Positions 12,241-25,541 of a DNA stretch of 64,000 nucleotides are shown here, in pieces. The DNA is from Mobula hypostoma (taxonomy: Eukaryota). The DNA is taken from positions 168,828,001 through 168,892,000 of the forward strand of contig NC_086097.1 of NCBI RefSeq assembly GCF_963921235.1, written 5' to 3'. The notes beneath the pieces are model-generated. The model was not told the origin of the DNA and did not search any database. It worked only from the letters and a program-made list of their open reading frames with translations. Both the position numbers and the translations under genes were made by a program. Within the stretch, counting starts at the first letter, position 1. The number at the start of each line of letters is the position of its first letter.

Positions 12241-13752
12241 CCTTGCCCCTTTTATTAATATAGTTATGCAATATTAAGTATTTGTCTAAATTCGATTTTG
12301 GGGCAGTTTACCTTCTTTTTTGTCGAGAGACCTTTTCCTTACGCCGCCATTCCCTTGATGACCCGGAAGTCCCACCGGTCTTCTAAAAATCTAAGTAAAC
12401 GACATCCACTGACTGTTTTGTCGAAACTGTTACCTCAAAGAGTTTAACGGATTTGTCAGACAAGATTTCCCCTTAACAAAATCAACCTGAGTGTGTCATA
12501 TTTTATCGTGTACTTCCAAGTATTTTGAAGTTTCATCTTCAATAACAGACTTTGAAATCTTACCAATCATTGAAGTCAGGCTAACTAGCTATATTATATG
12601 GGATATATTTTATTATCTTTTTACCTCACTCTCTTAAACAGGTTTTACATTTGCAATTTTTCAGTGCTCTGGGATCCTTTCTGACTCCAGTGTTTCTTGA
12701 AATATTACTATAAGTGCTTCCATGATCTCTTCAGGTACCATTTTTGGAATTCTGAGATGTAGTCCATCTAGTCAAAGCGATTTATCCTCCTTCATACATT
12801 CTAGCTTCCCCAGCACCTTCAACTTAGTAATGGACACTTCAGTCGCTTCTGCCCTATGACACTTGAGAGAATTTCTGGCATGTTACTAGTACGTTCCAAT
12901 CTGAAGAATGATAGAAGGTTCTTACTTTCCCCATCGCTACTAGTACAGCATTATTTTCCTGTGTTTCAATGTCTACTCTTTCCTCTCTCTTACCATTTAA
13001 GTATCTAAATGTCACAGATAGACCGCCATCCTAATGCAGGGTGTTGAATTGAAGCGTCAGCATTTCCTTTCCCTCCATAGATACTGCTCAACCCATTAAG
13101 TTCCTCCAGCAGATTGTTTGTTGCTCCATATTCCAGCATCAGTAATATCCCATGTCTCCAGACATGGGACAGTGTGTCACCAGTACTGAGACTATGACTG
13201 TTGGTAAAAGTGAGGAAAGATATGATGCTGCATGTGATAAATGTTAGCGTTCAGATATTTGCAAAACAAGTTAGTAAATGTAAGGCTGTTTGTTACTGTG
13301 TGCATTTAAGTGCACACTTAGCCAGAAGCACTTGGTTTGAGCAGCGTTCCAGATGTTGAAGGGTGTGAGGGAAGAGAAGTGAGTGCAGTTACAAGAAGAA
13401 GGTGCTCAAAAAGCTGAAAAGCCCAAAGGTACCTGGACCAGATGAACTGCACCCTAGGGTTCTGAAAGGGGTAGCTTTAGTAATGATCTTTAAAAAAAAT
13501 CATTGGACTCTGCCATGGTGCCAGAGGACTGGAAAATTCCAAATCTCACTCCATTCTTTAAGAAAGAAGGAAGGTAGCAGAAAGGAAATTATAGACCAGT
13601 TAGCCTAACCTCAGTGGCTGGAAAGATGTTGGAGTCAGTTGTTAATGATGAGATTATGAAGTACTTGGTTACACAGGACAAGACAGAACAAAGGCAGCAT
13701 GGTTACTGACATGGGTAGAGCATTGGCTGATTGGTAGGAGGCAAAGAATGTG

Positions 13753-16700
13753 AGTGCTGCGCCAGGTGCACCGAGATGCAGCTCAGAGACTGTGTTAGGG
13801 ATCTGCAGCTGCAGCTTGATGACCTACTGCTTATCAGGGAAAGTGAAGAGGTGAAGTGAAGAAAGTGAAGTGAAGAGAGCTACAGGGAGGTAGTCATCCC
13901 TAGGCTACAGGAGTCAGAACACTGGGTCACTGTCAAGAGAGGGAAGGGAAATGCCCGGATAGTGGAGAGCACCCCTGTGATTGTCCCCCTCAGCAACAAA
14001 TATCTTGTTCTGGATGCTGTTGAGGGGGATGACCTGACGGGGGATGCCCACGGTGACTGGGTCTCTGGCACTGAGCCTGGCGCTGTTGTGCAGGAGAGAA
14101 GGAGGGTGAAGAGAAATGCGGTAGTCGTGGGGGATTCCATAGTCAGGGGAACAGACAGGAGATTCTGTGAGCCTGACAGAGATACCCGCATGGTGTGTTG
14201 CCTCCCAGGTGCCAGGGTACGGGATGTCTCGGATCAGGTCGTGAATATTCTAAAGGGGGAGGGTGAGCAGCCAGTTGTCTTGGTACATGTTGGTACCAAT
14301 GACATAGATAGGACAAAGGAGGAGGTCCTGAAGAGAGATTTCCAGGAGTTAGGAAGGAAGCTGAGAAGCAGGACCTCCAGGGTAGTAATCTCAGGATTGC
14401 TACCTGTGCCACGTGCTAGTGAGGGCAAGAGTAGTCGGATCAGGCAGATGAATGCGTGGCTGAGAGTCTGGTGTAGGGGGCAGGGCTTCAGATTCTTGGA
14501 TAATTGGGATCTCTTCTGGGGGAAGTATGACCTGTTCAAAAAGGACAGGTTACACCTGAACCCGAAGGGGACCAATATCCTGGCGGGAAAGTTTAATAGA
14601 GCTGTTAGGGAGGGTTTAAACTAATTAGACAGGGGAATGGGAACCGGAATGATAGAGCGGAGGAAGGGGAAAACAGAAATAAATCCAAGATAGCAGTAAA
14701 GATGTCAGGAAAGACAGGCAGGTGATGGGGCAAATGTGTAGCCATTGGAATGAGTTGCAGTGAAATCAAAGCAAAAAGTATCAAATACTGGTCTTAAGGT
14801 GTTGTACTTAAATGCACGCAGCATAAGAAATAAGGTGGATGATCTTGTTGTACAGCTACAGATTGGCAGGTATGATATTGTGGCCATCACTGAGACCTGG
14901 CTAAAGGATGCATGTCTCTGGGAGCTGAACGTCCAAGGATACACGGTGTATCGGAAGGATAGGAAGGTAGGCAGAGGGGGAGGCGTGGCTTTATTGGTAA
15001 GAAATGATATTAAATCATTAGAAAGAGGTGATATAGGATCGGAAGGTGCAGAATCTTTGTGGGTTGAGCTAAGGAATAGCAGGGGTAAAAGGACCCTGAT
15101 GGCAGTTATTTATAGGCCTCCAAACAGCTGCAGGGATGTGGACTACAAATTACAACTGGAAATAGAAAAGGCTTGTCAGAAGGGCAGTGTTATGATAATT
15201 GTGGGGGATTTTAACATGCGAGTAGATTGGAAAAATCAGGTCGGCACTGGATCTCAAGAGAGAGAATTTGTAGAATGTCTGCGAGATGGCTTTTTAGAAC
15301 AGCTTGTTGTTGAGCCCACTAGGGGATTGGCTGTACTGAATTGGGTATTGTGTAATGAACCGGAGGTGATTGGAGAGATTGAGGTGAAGGAACCCTTAGG
15401 AGGCAGTGATCATAACATGATTGAGTTCACTGTGAAATTAGAAAAAGAGAAGCCTAAATCTGATGTGTTGGTGTTTCAGTGGAGTAAAGGAAACTACAGT
15501 GGCATGAGAGAGGAACTGGCCAAAGTTGACTGGAAAGAGACACTGGCGGGAAAGACGGCAGAGCAGCAGTGGCTGGAGTTTATGCGAGAAATGAGGAATG
15601 TGCAAGACAGGTATATTCCAAAAAAGAAGAAATTTTCGAGTGGAAAAAGGATGCAACCGTGGTTGACAAGAGAAGTCAAAGCCAAAGTTAAAGCTAAGGA
15701 GAGGGCATACAAGGAAGCAAAAATTAGTGGGAAGACAGAGGATTGGGAAGTCTTTAAAACCTTACAAAAGGAAACCAAGAAGGTCATTAAGAGAGAAAAG
15801 ATTAACTATGAAAGGAAACTAGCAAATACTATCGAAGAGGATACTAAAAGCTTTTTCAAGTATATAAAGAGTAAAAGACAGGTGAGAGTAGATATAGGAC
15901 TGATAGAAAATGATACTGGAGAAATTGTAATGGGAGATGAGGAGATGGCAGAGGAACTGAACAAGTATTTTGCATCAGTCTTCACTGAGGAAGACAGCAG
16001 GATACCGGACACTCAGGGTGGCAGGGAAGAGAAGTGTGCGCAGTCACAATTACGACAGAGAAAGTACTCAGGAAGCTGAATAGGCTAAAGGTCGATAAAT
16101 CTCCCGGACCGGATGGAATGCACCCTCGTGTTCTGAAGGAAGTAGCTGTGGAGATTGCGGAGGCATTAGCGATGATCTTTCAAAAGTCGATAGATTCTGG
16201 CATGGTTCCGGAGGAATGGAAGATTGCAAATGTCACTCCGCTATTTAAGAAGGGGGCAAGGAAGCAAAAAGGAAATTATAGACCTGTTAGCTTGATGTCG
16301 GTGGTTGGGAAGTTGTTGGAGTCGATTGTCAAAGATGAGGTTACAGAGTCCTGGAGGCATATGACAAGATAGACAGAACTTAGCATGGATTCCTTAAAGG
16401 AAAATCCTGCCTGACAAACCTATTACAATTTTTTGAGGAAATTACCAGTAGGCTAGACAAGGGAGATGCAGTGGATGTTGTATATTTGGATTTTCAGAAG
16501 GCTTTTGACAAGGTGCCACACATGAGGCTGCTTAACAAGATAAGAGCCCATGGAATTACAGGAAAGTTACATACGTGGATAGACCGTTGGCTGATTGGCA
16601 GGAAACAGAGAGTGGGAATAAAGGGATCCTGTTCTGGTTGGCTGCCGGTTACCAGTTGTGTTCCACAGGGATCAGTGTTGGGGCCGCTTCTTTTTACATT

Positions 16701-17675
16701 GTACATCAACGATTTGGATTATGGAATAGAGGGCTTTGTGGCTAAGTTTGCTGACAATACGAAGATAGATGGAGGGGCCGGTAGTGCTGAGGAAACAGAG
16801 AGTCTGCAGAGAGACTTGGATAGATTGGAAGAATGGGCAGAGAAGTGGCAAATGAAGTACAATGTTGGAAAGTGTATGGTTATGCACTTTGGCAGAAAAA
16901 ATAAACGGGCAGACTATTATTTAAATGGGGAAAGAATTCAAAGTTCTGAGATGCAATGGGACTTGGGAGTCCTCGTACAGGATTCCCTTAAAGTTAACCT
17001 CCAGGTTGAGTCGGTAGTGAAGAAGGCGAATGCAATGTTGGCATTCATTTCTAGGGGAATAGAGTATAGGAGCAGGGATGTGATGTTGAGGCTTTATAAG
17101 GCGCTGGTGAGACCTCACTTGGAGTACTGTGGGCAGTTTTGGTCTCCTTAAGAAAGGATGTGCTGACGTTGGAGAGGGTACAGAGAAGATTCACTAGAAT
17201 GATTCCGGGAATGAGAGGGTTAACATATGAGGAACGTTTGTCCGCTTTTGGACTGTATTCCTTGGAGTTTAGAAGAATGAGGGGAGACCGCATGGAAACA
17301 TTTTGAATGTTAAAAGGCATGGACAGAGTGGATGTGGCAAAGTTGTTTCCCATGATGGGGGAGTCTAGTATGAGAGGGCATGACTTCAGGATTGAAGGGC
17401 GCCCTTTCAGAACAGAAATGGGGAAAAAATTTTTTAGTCAGAGGGTGGTGAATCTATGGAATTTGTTGCCACAGGCAGCAGTGGAGGCCAAGTCATTGGG
17501 TGTCTTTAAGGCAGAGATTGATAGGTATCTGAGTAGCCAGGGCATCAAAGGTTATGGTGAGAAGGCGGGGCAGTGGGACTAAATAGGATAAAATGGATCA
17601 GCTCATGATAAAATGGCGGAGCAGACTCGATGGGCCGAATGGCCTACTTCTGCTCCTTTGTCTTATGGTCTTATG
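13753..17675 (+). mobile_element. Near full-length CR1 LINE (ORF1 esterase + EN/RT ORF2, frameshifted)
   Basis: ORF2 motifs [45 protein letters not shown]; 3' tail (cttatggt)n. Confidence 0.92.
13962..14624 (+). CDS. CR1 ORF1 SGNH/GDSL esterase-like domain (partial ORF1)
   Basis: VVVGDSIVRG, CLPGA, VHVGTND and DRLHLN blocks; esterase domains in CR1 ORF1 are established. Confidence 0.85.
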   Translation: MESTPVIVPLSNKYLVLDAVEGDDLTGDAHGDWVSGTEPGAVVQERRRVKRNAVVVGDSIVRGTDRRFCEPDRDTRMVCCLPGARVRDVSDQVVNILKGEGEQPVVLVHVGTNDIDRTKEEVLKRDFQELGRKLRSRTSRVVISGLLPVPRASEGKSSRIRQMNAWLRVWCRGQGFRFLDNWDLFWGKYDLFKKDRLHLNPKGTNILAGKFNRAVREGLN

Positions 17676-17965
17676 TCTCAATAAAAGGATCCTTTTCGGT
17701 TGGCTGCCAGTAACTAATGGTGTTTTGGCAGGGTCAGTGTTGGGACCGCTTCTATGTGTGCTACATATCGTTGATTTAGATGATGGAATAGATGTCTTTG
17801 TTGCCAAGTTTGCAGATAATATGAGATTGGTGGAAGGTCAGGTCGTGTTGAGGAAACAGGTAGGCTGCAGAAGGACTTATAGACAGATTAGGAGAATGGG
17901 CAAGGAAATGGCAAATGAAATACAATGTTGGAAAATGCATGGTCATGCACTTTGGTAGTAGAAAT

Positions 17966-19954
17966 TTTTTTTAATTTCTAAATATACTTTATTCAAAAAT
18001 AAATATATACAATAAACCATTCAATAACTTTTCATCCTTTACATACGTTTCCATTATAGTCAGTACATATCCGTATTTATAGCCACCCACGTGGCACTCC
18101 AGTAGTTCAGCTTACCAAATCATTGTTGAGGGGTATCCTCCCCGCCCACCGACCCCTCCCACTCCCACGGGTGGAGAAACCTATACTGTGGGCCTTCCCC
18201 ACCGGGCCCTTGCGGTGACTGCACCGAGTTTCAGTGCGTCCCTCAGCACGTACTCCTGCAACCGAGAATGTGCCAGTCGGTAGCATTCTCCCACGGACAT
18301 CTCCATGTGCTGGTACATCATCAAGTTTCGGGCCGACCAAAGAGTGTCCTTCACCGAGTTGATGATCTGCCAGCAGCACCGGATGTTGGTCTCCGTGTGC
18401 GTTCCCAGGAACAGCCCGTAGATCAGAGAGTCCTCTGTTACGCAGCTGCTGGGGATAAAACGTGACACTAGCCCGTCCATCCTCCTCCACACCCTCTTTG
18501 CGAACTGGCAGTGTGCAAAGAGGTGGGTCACAGACTCCTCCTCACTGCAGTCCTCCCGTGGGCAGTGGGGTGCGGAGTCGACGTTCCGGGCGTACAGGGG
18601 GGCTCTGACTGGGAGGGCCCCTCTCACCGCCAGCCAGGCGAGGTCTTGGTGCCTGTTGGTGAGATCTGGCAATGAGGCATTTTGCCAGATGAACTGGACA
18701 GTCTGCTCAGGGAACCACCCCACTGTGTCCATCACGTCCTTCTCCTGCAGTACCTGCAGGACACTACGTGCCGACCACTGCCTGATGGCCCTGTGGTCAA
18801 AGGCGTTCTCCTGGAAGAACTTTGCTACGTAGGACAGGTATGCCGGCAACGACCAGCTGACTGGGGCGTTGTGCGGGAGTGGGGCCAGACCCATCCTTCG
18901 TAGCCAGGGCGACAGGTAGAACCTGGGCACATAGTGGTACTTGGTGCCCACATACCTGGGTTCTACACACAACCTGATGCAGCCACACATGAAGCTGACC
19001 ATCAGGGTGAGGGCGACATTGGGGACGTTCTTGCCCCCGTTGTCGAGGGACTTGAGCATGACGGTCTGTCTCACCCGCTCCATCTTGGATCCCCAGACGA
19101 ATCTGAAGACAGCCCGGGTGATTTCCGAGCTATAGGAGCGGGGGACGGGCCAGACCTGCGCCAAGTACAGCAGCCTTGAGAGCACCTCACACCTGATGAC
19201 CAGGTTCTTGCCCGTTATCGACAGGGAGCGCCCTCCCCACAGTCCCAGTTTCTGTTTCACCTTGGCAGTCCGCTCCTGCCAGTTCTTGTTGCATGCCTCA
19301 GCCCCTCCGAACCAGATCCCCAACACCCTCACGTGGTCAGACCTGATGGTGAAGGGGATGCTGGATCGGTCGGGCCAGTTGCCAAAGAGCATGGCTTCGC
19401 TCTTCGTGCGGTTGACCCTGGCCCCCGACGCTAGCTCGAACTGTTCGCAGGTGCCAATCAACCTGCGAATTGACCTTGCATCAGAGCAGAAGACGGTGAC
19501 GTCGTCCATGTACAGGGAGGTTTTCACTTGGGTCCCTCCACTGCCTGGCAGCGTCACCCCTCTTATGCCCTCATCCCTCCTGATGGCTTCCGCAAAGGGT
19601 TCTATGTAGCAGACAGACAAGACAGGGGAGAGGGGACAGCCCTGCCTGACTCCAGACCTGATGGGGAAGCTGTCTGTTTCCCACCCGTTGACCTGGACTG
19701 CACTACGGATGTCTGTGTAGAGCAGTCTAATCCAATTCCGGATTCCCTCCCCAAATCCCATTTTGGAGAGCACGTCCGCCATGTACGTGTGCGATATCCT
19801 GTCGAAGGCTTTCTCCTGGTCCAAGCTGACCAGGCAGGCGTCCACCCCCCTGTCCTGCACGTAGGCGATGGTGTCCCTCAGCAGCGCGAGGCTGTCTGAG
19901 ATCTTCTTGCCCGGTACAGCACAGGTTTGGTCTGGGTGAATCACCTGTCCTAGA
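17966..19954 (-). mobile_element. Tx1-clade (L1-like) non-LTR retrotransposon, 5'-truncated, open 587-aa RT-to-C-terminus frame (18181-19944)
   Basis: IHPDQTCAVPG, SLDQEKAFDR, GVRQGCPLSP, YMDD, CPREDC…HLFAHC; A-rich tail at 17966; flanked by a 154-bp direct repeat. Confidence 0.9.
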
Positions 19955-20198
19955 GCAGATAATATGAGATTGGTGGAAGGGCAGGTCGTGTTGAGGAAAC
20001 AGGTAGGCTGCAGAAGGACTTATAGACAGATTAGGAGAATGGGCAAGGAAATGCCAAATGAAATACAATGTTGGAAAATGCATGGTCATGCACTTTGGTA
20101 GTAGAAATAAATGTGCAGACTATTTTCTAAATGGGGAGAAAATCCAAAGATTTGAGATGCAAAGGGACTTGGTAGTCCTTGTGCAGAACACCCTAAAG

Positions 20199-22372
20199 TA
20201 GGGGTCACCAACCCGTCGATCGCAATCGTTGAGACTTCCCCAGTAGATCCCAAAGAAAAAACCAAAAATAAATACACAAGTACTATTGTAATGTGAGCAT
20301 TATAAAAGTAATGCTAATTAGGATATTGGTAATATAGCAATATTTTCGCTAAAAAGCTGCCATGCATCGCATTTTCAGCGTAGCCTGTGCTGCATCAAAG
20401 TGACCAATCAGGTTAGATGAGAGTACGGACTGTTGCAAACGTCGATATACGGCAGCGTCCCCAACCTCCGGGCCGCAAAGCATGCAGTGGTGCAGCGGTA
20501 GTCAGGATGCACACAGCACATCTTTAAGAAAAAAAGCCGAAATAAACCAGCTAATTAATTAGGTGCTGCCTGGCATGTAAATGTCGGCCCAGATCAGAGG
20601 CGACGCAATCGGCAATCGCTCGTGATACCCTGATAGCATAGTGGAGGCTCCACAAAAGAAGGCAAAAACATACAAATTCCATCCAGAATGGGAAGAGGAA
20701 TTTCTGTTTACCTTGGTGAAAGACAAGTGTGTATGTATGTTGTGCCACCAAACACAAGCACTGACTAAAAGGGGAATCTGGAGCAGCACCACAACACCAA
20801 CCACCAGGAATTTAAAGACACCTCCCCCCCCCCCCAAAGAGCGCAATTCGTACCTGGAAAGTTGAGCTGAAATCGGGGTTGAAGGTCCAGCAATCGTTTT
20901 GCACAAAACATGCTGCTCAAAATAAGGCTGCTGTTGAAGCATCATTTCGTGTAAGTCACCTTTTGGCTAAACACAAGAAGCCTTTTACAGATGGCGATTT
21001 ATTCAAGGAAGCAATGGTCATTACCGCAGAGACTGTTTTTAATTACTTTACAAACAAAAACAGCATCACAACTGCAATACATAATATACCGCTTGGCTCT
21101 GCAACAGTGACAAGGAGAGTAGAGTCACTGTCCGAGGACGTGAATATTTTTCACTACAGTTCGATGAATCCCTGGATGTAATGCAAACAGCTCAGCTTGT
21201 TGTATTTGTCAGAATGGCTTTCCAGGATTTTACAACAAAAGAGGACTTCCTCACTCTTTTGCAATTAAAGGAAAGAATGAGAGATGAGGATATTTACAAT
21301 GAGTTTAAAAAAATATGTCTGTGAAAATGACATCCCCATTCATTCATAAACTGGTGGCAATTACTACCGATGGGGCCCCAGCAATGCGCGGTGTGCACGT
21401 TGGTTTTATAGCACTAAAAGTCAGTGCCTACTTCGGGTCAACTTATCTGTGTGAAATTGCATTTTCACAGATGAAAATTATTAAATCTAAGTACAGGAGC
21501 TGACTTACTGACAGACACCTCACTAGGGTTGCCAACTTTCTCACTCCCAAATAAGGGACAGAAGTAGCAGTCAAATCCCGGGACATTTGTGTTTACCCCG
21601 AGAAAGGCTACCATGACCATGAAGTCTTGCGCAGGCACCTGTGTGCGCATGTGCGTACCGATTTTTTTTTACCCCACAAATCTGTTTTGGTTTAATCTTC
21701 ATTATTTCTACTTTATATAGGCTGTGTATATATCATCTCATTCCTGCTTTTAATATATATTAGTGTTATTTTAGGTTTTATGTGTTGTTTGGTATGATTT
21801 GGTAGGTTATTTTTTTGGGTCTGGGAACACTCAAAATTTTTTTCCATATAAATTGATGATAATTGCTTCTTCGGCGTAAACCATTTCGGCACGAAAGGTT
21901 TCATAGGAACACTCTACCTTAGTGGGCGAAATACGGGACAGTTGGCAACCCTACACCTCTCAGACTGTCTCAGACTGGCTGTCAGTACTTATGAGCCAAA
22001 TTTCAGGGAACTTGCAGAAAGTGTTCAGCCCCAGTCATCATACTGAGTGCAACAGTCAATTTTTATTCATTTATTTTTTGTCTTGAAATAAAATTAAATA
22101 ATGAAACTTAGAATTAAAGGTGTGAAGTATTGTAAGATTCTTAAAGAAAGACAGCTATGGCCTGTTTGATATGCTAGTTACAGTGTTTGAATTAATTTGA
22201 AAGTTTGACAAAAGTATCTTGTGTAATTCAAATACAATTCACCCAAATAAAAGGCCTCAAATTGGAAGTACAATCTGATCTGTTTTTTCTCTAAACGATT
22301 TAGTAGGTAGGTCTTGCCTTTCACTGAGGTCGAGGTAGGGGAGCTTTGGCTTAAAAAGGTTGGTGACCACTA
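20199..22372 (+). mobile_element. hAT (Charlie/Buster-type) DNA transposon, internally deleted and frameshifted transposase
   Basis: TIR taggggtcaccaacc / ggttggtgaccacta (14/15); 8-bp TSD ccctaaag (20191-20198, 22373-22380) with central TA; transposase remnants FHPEWEEEFLF…CVCMLC, AKHKKPFTDG, AITTDGAPAMRG, FGSTYLCE.AFSQMKIIKSKYRS. Confidence 0.92.
21524..21953. mobile_element. Non-autonomous hAT MITE nested in the Charlie-type element
   Basis: TIR tagggttgccaact / agttggcaacccta; 8-bp TSD cacctcac / cacctctc (7/8). Confidence 0.85.
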
Positions 22373-25300
22373 CCCTAAAGGTTAACTTGCAGTTAGAACT
22401 GGTGGTGAGGAAGGCAAATGCAATGTTAGCATTCATTTAAAGAGGTCTAGAATACAAGAGCAAGGATGTGATGCTGAGGCTTTATAAGGCACTGGTAAGG
22501 CCTCACCTTGAGAATTGTGAACAGTTTGGGGCTCCTCATCTAAGAAAAGATGTGCTGGCATTGGAGAGGGTTCAAAGGAGTTTCACAAGGATGATTCCAG
22601 GAATGAAAGAGTTATCATGTGAGTGTAATACCCTGGTTCATATTTTTTGCTGTTATGCTGTTCTGTATTTCATTTTGTGCTGTTCTGTGTGAGCTGCTTG
22701 CTTTCCGCTTATGTTTGGGTTACTGTTGAAGATAAGAGATAGGAGAATTTTGTGCCATCCAGTTAGGATGGTCAGATTAAGGGGAGGTTTCTCTGGTGAG
22801 GGACACTAAGATTGGGCTTGGGGCTTTTGTTAGTGAGAGATGAGGAGAGAAGAGGTTGCAGGATTTGACCCGGAGCAGAGCTGTGATTCAACAAAGGATC
22901 AGCGACAGGGAAACCGTGAGCTCTAACTGGTGCACGTTAGTCTGTTTAATTAAAATAGGCCCTTTTTTTTGTTCTTTCTTTCTCCTTTCATCAAATTAAG
23001 AATTATAAAGCTAAATCATTTAATTGTGTGCGATGTACTGTCTGTCATTTTGTGGCACTCATTTGTAACAGAGTAACGAATTACACAGCATCCACACAAA
23101 CAGGGTTTTTGGGTGGGCTCAGACCTCAGTCTCACAGGTTTGAACATAGAATACTACAGCACATTATAGGTCCTTCGGGCTACAATGTTGTGCTGACCCT
23201 CAAACCCTTCCACCCATATAACCCCCCACCTTAAATTCCTCCATATACCTGTCTAGTAGTCTCTTAAACTTCACGAGTGTATCTGCCTCCACCACTGACT
23301 CAGGCAGTGCATTCCACGCACCAACCACTCTCTGAGTAAAAATCCTTCCTCTAATATCCCCCTTGAACTTCCCACCCCTTACCTTAAAGCCATATCCTCT
23401 TGTATTGAGCAGTGGTGCCCTGGGGAAGAGGTGCTGGCTATCCACTCTATCTATTCCTCTTATTATCTTGTATACCTCTATCATGTCTCCTCTCATCCTC
23501 CTCCTCTCCAAAGAGTAAAGCCCTGGCTCCCTTAATCTCTGATCATAATGCATACTCTCTAAACCAGGCAGCATCCTGGTAAATCTCCTCTGTACCCTTT
23601 CCAATGCTTCCACATCCTTCCAATAGTGAGGTGACCAGAACTGGACACAGTACTCCAAGTGTGGCCTAACCAGAGTTTTATAGAGCTGCATCATTACCTC
23701 GCGACTCTTAAACTCTATCCCTCGACTTATGAAAGCTAACACCTCATAAGCTTTCTTAACTACCTTATCTACCTGTGAGGCAGCTTTCAGGGATCTGTGG
23801 ACATGTACCTCCAGATCCCTCTGTTCTTCCACACTACCAAGTATCCTGCCATTTACTTTGTACCCTGCCTTGGAGTTTGTCCTTCCAAAGTGTACCACCT
23901 CATACTTCTCCGGGTTGAGCTCCATCTGCCACTTAGCCCACTTAAGCATCTTATCAATGTCTCTCTGCAATCTTCGACAATCCTCTACACTATCTATAAC
24001 ACCACCAACCTTTGTGTCGTCTGCAAACTTGCCAACCCACCCTTCTACCCCCACATCCAGGTCGTTAATAAAAATCACGAAAAGTAGAGATCCTTGTGGG
24101 ACACCACTAGTCACAACCCTCCAATCTGAATGTACTCCCTCCACCACGACCCTCTGCCTTCTACAGGCAAGCCAATTCTGAATCCACCTGGTTAAACTTC
24201 CCTGGATCCCGTACCTTCTGACTTTCTGAATAAGCCTACCGTGTGGAACCTTGTCAAATGCCTTACTAAAATCCATGTAGATCACATCCACTGCACTATC
24301 CTCATCTATATGCCTGGTCACCTCCTCAAAGAACTCTATCAGGCTTGTTAGACACGATCTGCCCTTCACAAAGCCATGCTGACTGTCCCTGATCAGACCA
24401 TGATTCTCTGAATGCCCATAGATCCTATCTCTAAGAATGTTTTCCAACAGCTTTCCCACCACAGACGTAAGGCTCATGGTCTATAATTACTCGGACTATC
24501 CCTATTACCTTTTTTGAACAAGGCGACAACATTCGCCTCCCTCCAATCCTCCGGTACCATTCCCGTGGACAACGAGGACATAAAGATCCTAGCCAGAGGC
24601 TCAGCAATCTCTTCCCTTGCCTCGTGGAGCAGCCTGGGGAATATTCCGTCAGGCCCCGGGGACTTACCTATTCTATTGTATTTTAACAACTCCAACACCT
24701 CCTCTCCCATAATATCAACATGCTCCAGAACATCAACCTCACTCATATTGTCCTCACTGTCATCAAGTTCCCTCTCATTGGTGAATACTGAAGAGAAGTA
24801 TTCATTGAGGACCTCGCTCGCTTCCACAGCCTCCAGGCACATCATCCCACCTTTATCTCTAATCGGTCCTACCTTCACTCCTGTCATCCTTTTGTTCTTC
24901 ACATAATTGAAGAATGCCTTGGGGTTTTCCTTTACCCTACTTGCCAAGGCCTTTTCATGCCCCCTTCTTGCTCTTCTCAGCCCCTTCTTAAGCTCCTTTC
25001 TTGCTTCTCTATATTCTTCAGTAGACCCTTCTGATCCTTGCTTCCTAAACCTCATGTATGCTGCCTTCTTCCACCTGACTAGATTTTCCACCTCTCTTGT
25101 CACCCATGGTTCCTTCACCCTACCATTCTTTATCTTCCTCACCGGGACAAATTTATCCCTAACATCCTGCAAGAGATCTCTAAACATCGACCACATGTCC
25201 ATAGTACATTTCCCTGCAAAAACATCATCCCAATTCACACCCGCAAGTTCTAGCCTTATAGCCTCATAATTTGCCGTTCCCCAATTAAAAATTTTCCTGT

Positions 25301-25541
25301 CCTCTCTGATTCTGTCCTTTTCCATGATAATGCTAAAGGCCTGGGAGCTGTGGTCACTGTCCCCCAGATGCTCACCCACTGAGAGATCTGTGACCTGACC
25401 CAGTTCATTACCTAATACTAGATCTAGTATGGCATTCCCCCAGTCGGCCTGTCAACATACTGTGACAGGAATCCGTCCTGGACACACTTAACAAATTCTG
25501 CCCCGTCGAAACCCTTGGAACTAATGAGGTGCCAATCAATA

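Larger units (their letters stand above)
6548..12376 (-). mobile_element. Full-length L1 (LINE-1), ~5.8 kb
   Basis: 15-bp TSD ggtcttctaaaaatc (6533-6547, 12377-12391); A-rich tail; ORF1 followed by an APE-RT-Cys ORF2; 5' end GGTGGGACTTCCGG. Confidence 0.95.
6090..12900 (-). mobile_element. Old CR1 fragment split by the L1 insertion (pieces ~6090-6547 and ~12377-12900)
   Basis: RT-like text DLDRLGEWAKKWQMEY on the minus strand; the sequence continues across the L1 TSD. Confidence 0.65.

Noticed and set aside
20641..21503. Domesticated hAT-derived gene (ZBED/GTF2IRD2-like)
   Set aside because: Frameshifted, internally deleted and still bounded by TIRs and a TSD, so it is an ordinary defective transposon.
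23797..25269. Recurrent antisense ORFs (…[23 protein letters not shown]…) seen in several places
   Set aside because: Shadow frames of CR1 RT, repeated only because the LINE copies are homologous.
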